A stretch of 64,000 bases of DNA. Source: Octopus sinensis (Eukaryota). The notes under the pieces are model-generated. The model worked only from the letters and a program-made list of their open reading frames with translations. It searched no databases and was not told where the DNA came from. Below are positions 54,001 to 64,000 of this stretch, one piece after another. The stretch lies in assembly GCF_006345805.1 (NCBI RefSeq), contig NC_043012.1, positions 24,428,001 through 24,492,000 on the forward strand, given 5' to 3'. The position numbers and the translations under genes are program-made. How positions within the stretch are numbered: position 1 is the first letter of the stretch; each line of letters begins with the position of its first letter.

Positions 54001-54964
54001 CATTATTATTTTTGTGGTTTGTCTCTCAAGTTTTAATTATGAAAGCTTTCATCTCAGTTTTGTGGATGGAATATCGAGAATTTTGACATTATTTCAACTC
54101 GCACATCAATAGTGAATTTATGAAGAACCATATTGCATAGTAAACACTAGGCAGTAAAAGATCAAAGAATTTTCTAGTCTAAAACCAAATGGAAGGTGGA
54201 ATATTAGAACCATCTGACAGAATACATTAATGTCAAGACATTTGCATAATCTCCATTCTGTGTTATGTAAACCAAACTTATTGCAAAGTTAGTATCTTTA
54301 GAGATAAACTCTCTATTATTCCTTGCAAACTTTCCAAATTTTCTAATATTCCCTTTGATCTGCCAAAGCTTTGTTATTTTATTGCCATTTCCAATCCAAG
54401 ACAACCATTCTACCTATAATTATACCAGTATGGTCTGTAGAACTTGACTGTCAATTGCCAAATGACAATTGAAATAATAACAATAATTGTTGTCAATTGA
54501 TTCTGATTTGTCAATGGATATCCTTTTCCTTTTTTTTTTCTCTTTTTTTTTTAACTCTTTCTTTATATTTATTCCTAATTTCAATGTAGTTATTTCTAAA
54601 TTACATTTAAAAACTCATTTTGGGGATTTTTCATTAGTTAAACAAAATATGAATGTGTGTGTGTGTATTCTCTAACACGTTTCATCGTTTTTTCATTAGA
54701 TTTTTTTTCTTTTTAAGCTAGAGATAACAGCTGCAGGGCATCCTCTTCTACCTTTTCATAGAACTGGCGCTTGTGATCATTTTGATATTATAACAGAGAT
54801 AATGAGAGTGATGATGATGATGATGTTGATTTTAATAATGATTTTTTTTATTAATTGTTAAGGGTTTACTGACAGAATGTGGGCCATAAGGTCAATACAG
54901 TACAATATAATATGATGTGGGGTTACAAGAAACCATATAAATAGTAAATCAACAACTAATGATG

Positions 54965-55020
<56 letters not shown>

Positions 55021-55024
<4 letters not shown>

Positions 55025-55465
55025 TCTTCTGTAGGCCAGTATTTTTAAGGGGAGGGGCAATTTGATTACATCACTCCCAGTGCTCAACTGGTTCTTATTT
55101 TACTGATCCTGGAAGGATGAAAGGCAGTGTTGACCTCAATAGCATTTGAACTCAAAATGCACGGCTGGAAGAAATGAAAAAAATGTGACTTAGCACTTTT
55201 ATCCAGTGTGCTAACAATACTGCTTAATAATAATAATAATAATAATAATATAATAATAATAATACTTCTTCTGTAGGCCAGTATTTTTAAGGGGAGGGGC
55301 AATTTGATTACATCACTCCCAGTGCTCAACTGGTTCTTATTTTACTGATCCTGGAAGGATGAAAGGCAGTGTTGACCTCAATAGCATTTGAACTCAAAAT
55401 GCACGGCTGGAAGAAATGAAAAAAATGTGACTTAGCACTTTTATCCAGTGTGCTAACAATACTGC

Positions 55466-55467
<2 letters not shown>
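55021..55467. repeat. 242-bp tandem duplication of a family 2 SINE between (AAT)n tracts
   Basis: Copies 55021-55225 and 55264-55467 identical except one T. Confidence 0.95.
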
Positions 55468-55505
<38 letters not shown>

Positions 55506-55539
55506 TAATAATAATAATGATAATAATGATGATGATAAT

Positions 55540-55735
55540 AATTTCGGGCATTCACTAATGGCACATCATTAGTGAATGCCCAAAATTGGCACACCGCAAA
55601 TACAAACGATACCATGACAATGTGGCAAGAATGATCCATTGGGAGCTCTGTGGAAATCATGGCCTAGAAAGAGCAAAGACATGATATGAGCAAACCCCAG
55701 AAGGAGTCACCAAAAATGAAAACTGCAAGATCCTG
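55540..55735 (+). mobile_element. R4/Dong-like non-LTR retrotransposon fragment (CCHC knuckle to RLE region) with 5' fold-back
   Basis: From 55562: HIISECPKLAHRKYKRYHDNVARMIHWELCGNHGLERAKT*YEQTPEGVTKNENCKIL; lies at the end of a TAA tract. Confidence 0.8.
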
Positions 55736-56885
55736 CAATGATGATGTTTCACAAAATAATTTTGTGCTATGAAAGTAAAGATGGACAAGCATTCAGCAGC
55801 TTCAGTAATTCTGGGTTCAATTTTCCAAAGGCCCCGATAGAATTGGGTGTGACTGAGCTATGATGCATAAGTAGGATTTTTTTTCTTTCTTTTTAATGGC
55901 ATTTTGCCAGTCTTCGTGTTCTGAGTTCAAATTCTGCCGAGGTTGACTTTGCCTTTCATCCTTTCAGTGTTGATAAAATAAGGATCAATTCAGCACTGGG
56001 GTCAATGTAAATCAACCCCCCTCCCCCAAATTGCTGGCCTTGTGCCAATATTTGAAATTGTCATTATTATTATTATTATTGTTATTATTATTAATGTTAA
56101 CTTTGATGGACTTCTAGTGTTGATCATGCCAGATGGATGTAAAAACAGATACAACAATAACTCTGTCAGAAGCTGAACTTTTCCTGTGGGCAGTGTTGAA
56201 TCCAACACTGTAAGTCAACAAGCCACTCCTCAGTTTTACTCTGCTATTCTTTGCAGGGTTCTTGAAGCATGACCAGTAAACAAGTGTCACCTTAGTCTAC
56301 TGCCTACGGGCAGCTGACACTTTCCATCAAACTCAACAAAATAAGCTATTATAAAATACACATGCTGTGATATATAATTGCAGTTAGGTGGACAGTACTG
56401 TCCAAAGTTCCGATCTATCTTAAACACATCACTTTGCTGGTCCCATGATGCAAAATCCAAAGATTATTTTGGTTTGTCTGTTGCATTACATATTTTTAGC
56501 TTTGTTTTTGTTTTTGTTTTTTCTTTTTTTTTGTTACTTGGCAACTCCTTCTTCAACCAGGATCTTGCTAATACTACTTTAGAGTAGAACCAATATATCA
56601 CCAATAGATACTCAGCAATTCTAGTTACACAATCTATTTTAAAAATCTGAAAGCATGTTTAAATTTCTAAGATTATCATATCATAAAATTGTATTTCTTT
56701 TCTGGCACCACCACCACCACCTGACCACCACGTGACCACCACCACCATCATTAAAGCCACACATTTTCAGTGTTTGTTATTTTGCATATTTCTTGTCTTC
56801 TCATTAAATTATTATTTATCTAAATAGGAAATCTTCCAAGCTGTCTTGTACAACTATTAATTTTTATCTGTAAATTATTTATATA

Positions 56886-56916
56886 TTGTTTATCCCTTAT
56901 TTTGTCTCTCTGCAGA
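56886..56916 (+). other. Candidate strong 3' splice site
   Basis: ttgtttatcccttattttgtctctctgcag|ATC. Confidence 0.35.
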
Positions 56917-59478
56917 TCCTTATTTGTGTGTGCGTAATTTACAAGAGATTTTTATATATTTGGTTTTTTCACTAGATTTTGGTGATTTAATGAAAAAATA
57001 GTTTTGAGTTTTTTTTATTTTGTAAGAACCTTAGTTAAAATTCCATTTGAAAAATGATATATACACACACACACACACACACAGAATTTTTTGGCAATGA
57101 AATTTTAACTAGGAGTTATACAACAAATATATAATACAAAAAGAGAAGAGTTAAAAATCTTAACAATCTTTATAATCATTCATTCTCTATAACTTCATTA
57201 CCGACGCGCTCTCTTTTAGAATAGATATTCTCCGTCCACCCACCTACCCCATCTGCATTCTTACACTCACAATTAAATTACTGTAGTTATTATGATTATA
57301 TTTTTTAGATAGGACAGTTGAAAATATTCACCAGTCTAAAGGAATATTTGATTATTTCCCGCCTTTAAACAGATGCATAAAAGACTAAAAGGAATTCATT
57401 GATCAAATTGTTGACTAGTTTTGCTGTTGAAATCTACTACGACAAAATTCTATTACAGCTCAGCTATAATCTTTGTTTGAAAAAATAAAATAAAGTGGAA
57501 CAGAATAGAAGAAACGCTGTGTATTTAAAGCCTTGATCAGTCATGGCAAGTTGTAGAGCAAAATGAACATGGACCTCCAACGGAGTCCTTTCAGAACGAG
57601 TCAGAACTGGAGCTGTTCTGCCCACAGTCATATTGCTTGACTGAAAGAAGATAAATGGAAACTGAAGGTGTCTTATTGCAGGCACTCTGTAGGTGTTTAA
57701 AAAGTTTTAGTGCACCACTAACAAGGCAATTTACATAGAAGGAAATCACAGCAATGAAAAATCTTTTTCCGTTTAGTATTCCACTTAAACTGTTCTCTTT
57801 CTTTGGAAAAAGCTTGAAAAATATTTCTTTTTTAGAAAAAAAAAAAGAAAAAGAAAAAAGACCCCCCCCCCTCCCACAAAAGAAAACTGGAGAAATGGCA
57901 GACTAAAAGAAGAAAATACAATTATATTAAATAGTAATACCCCCATGATAGTATTTGCATGTGAAATGTGTTTGTATTTTCCATGTCTCTTTCTTACACA
58001 CACACACACACACGTTAGTGCAAACACGCTATCTTGAAGATAGTGTTTTGCATTGAGATCATTGTCAGTGTTTTATATATTCCTATAGCATGTATTTTTC
58101 AATAATAAAAAAAACTGATTATGGTTAAGGCAGTTTATACTACAGTACATTTTTGAAGTTTTTATTTGATTTGTATTTGAAAGAACATCTTCCTTAATAA
58201 AATGAAATATAAACCACAACAAATTAAAAGTTTCAGGACCCAAACAGTGAGTTTCTTACTTGTTTATGCATTTTAGATATGTTTTGATAGTTGATGCTTT
58301 TACATGGTTTATAATCATGTGAGAAATAGCAGTCAAGTCACCCCCTATCGTGTCAAGGAGTCCTGGAATAATGCAATCTTAGATGTAACCTAAAATGATG
58401 GAGTGGGCAAGGCTGGAATGAATCTGATCAAAAGCATTCCAGCCATATCGAAATTTTTGATACTTGATGCTGTAACCCCCTTCTGGTTTTTATAGGGTGT
58501 TGATGATTAACATATCTCATAATTTGAATTCTGTTTGTTAGCTGTTGGTGGCTAATTTCTATGGAAAGTCAGTATTGAAACAGAAAAGAGAAAATGAAGG
58601 ATGAAGCAATGAAGTTTGTTTATTATATGATGACAGTTGGTTGTAGTTTGTGTCCCAGAACGGTTCCTGATGATGTGTACAGAAATAATAGTTTCTTTTG
58701 CTTCTGGTTGTAGTCAAATATTGTTCAAATGTGAAAGGGACAGACATGGATATTACAACAATCTTTGAATTGGCTGAAATGAAAGAAAAAAAAAAAAAAC
58801 ACAAATGAAACTAATTAGGGACTGACAAATGAATGAAGAAAATGTACCTTGTGATGAAATTTGCATGGAATTGGAATTGTAATCCTCTAGTAGCAGTTTT
58901 TGTATTCAGGGAAGAATAATGTTTGGCTGTTTTTAATAGGTAAACTTGCTGCTATTATGTAGTTTTCCATGAATCTTGAAGAAGTGGCGTTAGAAATGGA
59001 AAGGTAAAGGAATGAATGAAATTTCGCATATTGGCTTTTGAATGTAGAAGTCTCTTGGAATGTGCTTTTAACTGGTACATAACTGGATACTCTGTGCTGT
59101 CCTAGGAAATTATTATTTTTTTTTTAACCGTTGATAAAAACCAAATGGAATTGAAATATTGAAAGAAATGAAATGAGCAAAAAGAGAGATGGGGGGAAAA
59201 TGAATGGTCAAGAAATGAAAATTTTTCACATTTTGTGAGTTTGTGTGTAAATGACGGCAAACTTGATGCTTTGTGTATGATTGTAGCTTGTCAGTTTTGT
59301 GTTTTGGTAGTTGTTTGTTGTGTGTGTGTGTGTGTATTCAACTCTGGAAACCCCAAAGACGTATAGTTGCCCATGTTCTCATAAATATAAGTGAACCTTC
59401 TCAAATATTTGCTCACGTGATTTATTAATTGGCATTGCTAATATAATAGGAAATTGTTGTCTAATTAATATAACTGGT

Positions 59479-59508
59479 ATGTCTTCACCAACTGAAGAAA
59501 GAGTGAGT
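59479..59508 (+). CDS. Candidate short first coding exon (MSSPTEER) with GTGAGT donor
   Basis: ATG TCT TCA CCA ACT GAA GAA AGA|gtgagt; no homology recognised. Confidence 0.2.
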
Positions 59509-59749
59509 CTTGGAATAAATAGTTTTTTTCTTTTTTGTTCGTTTGTGATGTGGGACTTCAATTATAATTTTTACCTCCGTGTACCATTACACATACCATT
59601 AACTTGGTCTGTTTGTACATAAAGGGATAATTATAATACATATATGTATGTGATGGCTAACCTGAAACAGTGTATTGAAGTAGTCTGTAGTGAATTCCGA
59701 AGGGTCGTCCTAATGCAAACATTGATTATGACTTGGAGCAGAACCTTTT

Positions 59750-59837
59750 CATCTCCTGGAAATAGCTGCATGGCAATGACGTTTGTTTACAGACATTGTG
59801 CAATGTGAAGGCAAGGAAACAGTAACACATGCATGCA

Positions 59838-59879
<42 letters not shown>

Positions 59880-60040
59880 AAGAGGCTTCTTTTAGTTTCC
59901 ATCTGCCAAATCCACTCACAAGGCTTTTGGTCAGCCTTGATCTTGAGTTGATGACGTTTGCCCAAGGTGCCAGACAGTGAGACTGAACTGAAATGCATGT
60001 GGTTGGGAAGCAAACTTCCTACCACACAGCCAGGCCTACA
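59750..60040 (-). mobile_element. SINE family 1
   Basis: ccaaatccactcacaaggc, gcccaagg, cttcctaccacacagcc. Confidence 0.8.
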
Positions 60041-60063
60041 CTTAATTCATCTCTCTCTGTATA

Positions 60064-60094
<31 letters not shown>

Positions 60095-60663
60095 GGTGAA
60101 TGCAGAGCTAAAAGGGAGTAAAAAGTAAATGAGTTCCTGTGTTCATCTCTTTTTCCTCTCTTTTTATCATTGTAGTTCTTGCTCAGAATCAAAACCAGGT
60201 CATATATTCTTTGTTCTTTTCTTTCTTTTCTTTTTTTTTTTTTTTTTTTTTTCATGAGAACTTTACCATTGCACCACACTGGTGGCTCGCATCGGTAATA
60301 AAAGAAAGAAAAAAGAAACGAAAGAAAAAAAATAAGAAGAAGCATAACCTAATCCAGTGAACTAACTTGGTTTAGCAATTCACTGACTTTTTTGATTGGC
60401 TATTGATCTGTAACATATACATGACATTGAACGGTGATGAGGGAGGCGGCGGCGGCGGCGGTGGCGACGGTGGCGACGGTGGTGGTGGTGGTAGTGGTGG
60501 TAGTGGCGAAGGGTTGATTAGTTATTTTTTCAACTATAAACTACATTTAGGAGTTACTGCTTACAATTGGATATAATAGTGTTTTGCTTCAGTGAAGCAT
60601 TTTTATAATTAAATATTAAGATATAGCATTTTGGGATAACATGTTGCAGTAGATTTTTGTTTT

Positions 60664-60704
<41 letters not shown>

Positions 60705-61194
60705 GTTGTTATTATTGTTGTTATTATTATTATCTGGATTGGAAATTTTTCAGAATTAGCTCTGATACTGTTTGTTATTAGATGATGCATTGCATTTAGC
60801 AATTAGATTATAAGCATTATCATCATCATCAGCAGCAGCAGCATCATCATCATCATTATCAGCATCACCACATTGGTGAATAGAAAGATACGATAGTGTA
60901 GCTTTGAGTAAAAACTTTAACTGGATCTATTCACATTTATCAGTTAAGGCTCAACTGCCTCATTATTTAGAATTTTAATTCCTGTTGGGAGTTTGGTTCC
61001 TTGGCTTTCACCCTTTCCATGATTGCTATCATAATTTCCAGTTGTAATAGTACAAATTTAGTTGCAATCAAAGCTAGATGACTGGATGATTGGTTGGATT
61101 GCTTCCTTGTCAGAAGTTCAAATCCTGCCTTTCTTCTGTTACTCTTCTTCTAATGTCCATCAGACAGTGAATAAAATATGTTGCAGTAATAAAT

Positions 61195-61358
61195 TTCTTT
61201 AGTCATGAGTGGTTGGCGTTAGGAAGGGCATCCAGCTGTAGAAACACTGCCAGATCAGACTGGAGCCTGGTGCAGCCCCTGGCTTCCCAGACCCCGGTCG
61301 AACCATCCAACCCGTGCTAGCGCGGAAAGCGGACGTTAAACGATGATGATGATGATGA
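61195..61358 (+). mobile_element. Young 5'-truncated family 3 element
   Basis: gagtggttggcgttaggaagggcatccagc..ggacgttaaacgatgatg; CpG-rich. Confidence 0.85.
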
Positions 61359-61849
61359 ACCAATGTGAAACAATCGACATCGGTCTTCGGGAAACTGCAA
61401 CTCATGGCGCTTTCTGAATCGGCACAGCTAAAGAAATATTACCTTGAATTTGTTTTGGTAACGTGACCCACCTGAAGATGAGCCATGTCTCATGTCTATG
61501 GCTGTTTTACAGACTAGGAGATAGCAGCCAAGTCTCCCTAAAGACACCTGTACGTTCTTCAAAAAGGAAGGACATGTTGGATAAAACAGTTTTTGATATA
61601 ACGTCTTTGGTGTGATCATGGATCCAACTTTGTAACAAACTATGGTCATAGTTCCGCTGAGTCAGGCTTGACCAAGTCTCAAATGACGTCCATCTTTTCT
61701 GTCCGTTATTCCTGGGACGGTCATTGATGTAGAGCCTTCAGGTTCTTCCTCCATAGGTTCCTCTTAGAAACAATTGTCATTAGACTTTCTGGCTGGTAAT
61801 TTTGGGATAATTGATGTATCTATTCTTCTTCTTCTTCTTCTCTTCTACA

Positions 61850-61881
<32 letters not shown>

Positions 61882-62480
61882 AACTACTACTACTACTACT
61901 ACTACTACAACTACTACTACTACAACAAAAGGTAGTTAGTTGTTTTCCAATCCAGAAAATGCAATATTTAGATTTCACTGTTGCCTTCTATTCACCTTAT
62001 GAAGTGGGTACTCCATGCACTGGTACAGAATACAATGCCATATATTGTCTATAGCAGAAGGAAAATTACACTATGTATATGTACATGTGTGTGCGTATGT
62101 GTATTTACTTAATTTTTCTGGCAGAGTAGATGAAAAGGTTCATTTTATTCTGGTAGAAATGAAGTTTTCCACTATTACTACTACCACCACTACTACTATA
62201 TCTACTACATTTACTTTTCAACATTTGAAGACTGAGACCCCTGATCGCTTTCAAGAGTAATTTGCTTCCTTCTTTGGTGATGCTTATTTCTTCTTCACTG
62301 AGAAAAGATGTAAAAACGTGTTGTTAGGCAGAGGCATGGCTATGTGGTTAAGGAGTCCAGTTCACAACTATATGGTTTCAGGTTCAGTCCCACTGCCTGG
62401 TGAAACTCTGCTTTTCATCCTCCCAAGGGCCAATAAAATTAAGTTACCAGTCAAATACTGAACTCAATATAACCAACTAT

Positions 62481-62516
<36 letters not shown>

Positions 62517-63409
62517 ACAAAATTTCTGGCCTTGTGCTTCCGTAAGAAACCACCACCACCACCGTCACCACCACTTCTGAAGTGCTAGGTATGCTAGTGG
62601 ATTTTAACATTCTGTGTTCAGATTCTACCAGGATTCGCTTAAGTTTCCTTCCCTGTCGTGTTGATGAATAGGTACTGTCTGTGTAATAGGTAACAAAAAT
62701 AGAAAGTTGATTTACTCAATCTTACTCACTCCCCATCTTTAGAAATTAAGAGGTTTGTGCTAATGTTAGAGACACGATAGGATATAAAGTACACTAGAAA
62801 TCACCAGTTTCTAAGTTCAAATTCTCATCTTAGTTGATGGTTTTTTTTTTCTTTCTTCACCGTAGTGTCAATCTCAAAAAAAAAAAAAAAAATGATACCA
62901 GTTATATAATGTGGATTAAAGTCAATTCAGTTGACTATTCCATCTTTCACTTACAAATGTTGTCCTCTTTTACCCTCAACTAAGAAGAAACCATTATTAC
63001 AAGAGAAACAACGATGGTGTGAATTACTTGTGCTGTTCAATTTCTCTTCTATAAATTCAGATCCCACTGGAACCGACTCCGGATTGATGGAATAATAACT
63101 TTGAGTAATAAAATAGGATCCGACTACATTGCATCTCTCTCTCCTTCTCTCTCTCTCTCTCTCTCTCTCTCCACTTAAATAAAATTAGCATTGTGCTTAG
63201 TCCAAAAGAAATTATTATTATTATTGTATTAATATAATATGGTTACATTCAGGTCTGTTCTGTTTCATCCGAAACAGCAGAACAGCTTCAGTCCCCCCCC
63301 CTCCCAGATGAAATATATTCTTTTAGCTAATCTAATAAATTCCACTGCTTTTTACTTCACTGGGAAACAGTTCTGCTGTTAAACACAGCAGTATCCTTTG
63401 ACTTCTCTA

Positions 63410-63453
<44 letters not shown>

Positions 63454-63627
63454 ATACATGCATGTATATGCATGCATACCCACACCCACATTTCTGTGTT
63501 ATGGTAGTCACTACATACCAACCATTTCTGGTGGGATAGTGTTTTTATAGTTGCACTGCACAGAGTATATTTGTAATTGTAAAAGACTGTTTAATGTATT
63601 GGAATGTTTAATATTCTGTATAATAAT

Positions 63628-63660
<33 letters not shown>

Positions 63661-63900
63661 TTTTCTTTCTAATCCTGGCACAAGACCAGGAGGAGTCGAT
63701 TATATTGACCCCCAGTGCTTAACCAATACTTATTTTATCGTCCCTGAAAGTCAAATGTAGCAGAATTTGGATTCGGGATGTTAAGAACCAGAAGAAAGGT
63801 CTCTATCTATTTTGTCTGGTGTGCTTATGATACTGCCAGCTTGCTGACCTAAGTACTAACAACAACAACAACAACAACATCAATAATAATAATAACTAAT

Positions 63901-64000
63901 ACTCTTTACTCTTTTACTCTTTTACTTGTTTCAGTCATTTGACTGCAGCCATGCTGGAGCACCGCCTTTAGTCGAGCAAATCGACCCCGGGACTTATTCT
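63901..64000 (-). mobile_element. 3' end of SINE family 1 (runs off window)
   Basis: Near-identical to 17849-17940. Confidence 0.9.

Noticed and set aside
54204-54410. 66-aa minus ORF after a possible acceptor
   Set aside because: No recognisable homology and no good donor site.
58048-58070. bantam-like miRNA seed (tgagatcattgt)
   Set aside because: Only ~12 nt match and no complementary hairpin arm.
61470-61510. CUGAAGA followed by an AGCCAU/AUGGCU stem
   Set aside because: No GAAA or stem III, so not a hammerhead.
61670-61770. Minus frame EEPMEEEPEGSTSMTVPGITDRKDG after ttgtttctaag
   Set aside because: Short, no consensus donor, and lies among repeats.

Overview
AT-rich, microsatellite-saturated eukaryotic DNA that looks intronic or intergenic. 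The SINE repertoire suggests an octopod cephalopod (inference from recalled repeat motifs, not a database search). No protein-coding gene is firmly supported: almost all ORF-track entries are translated microsatellites. Contents: five short interspersed repeat families (families 1, 2 and 5 are tRNA-derived SINEs), decayed LINE pieces (RTE, CR1, R4/Dong-like), TTAA-type MITE remnants, and several microsatellite-anchored tandem duplications (1263, 242, ~210, 196, ~128 bp). The most striking signals are: (1) two long foldback elements (13781-14158, 41108-41699) and a solo repeat (52369-52565) carrying minimal type I hammerhead-ribozyme folds of the Penelope-like kind; (2) a 193-bp locally templated insertion with an 8-bp target duplication inside a SINE; (3) an R4/Dong-like fragment in a TAA tract with a fold-back 5' end. 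A few weak exon and splice-site candidates are listed at low confidence.
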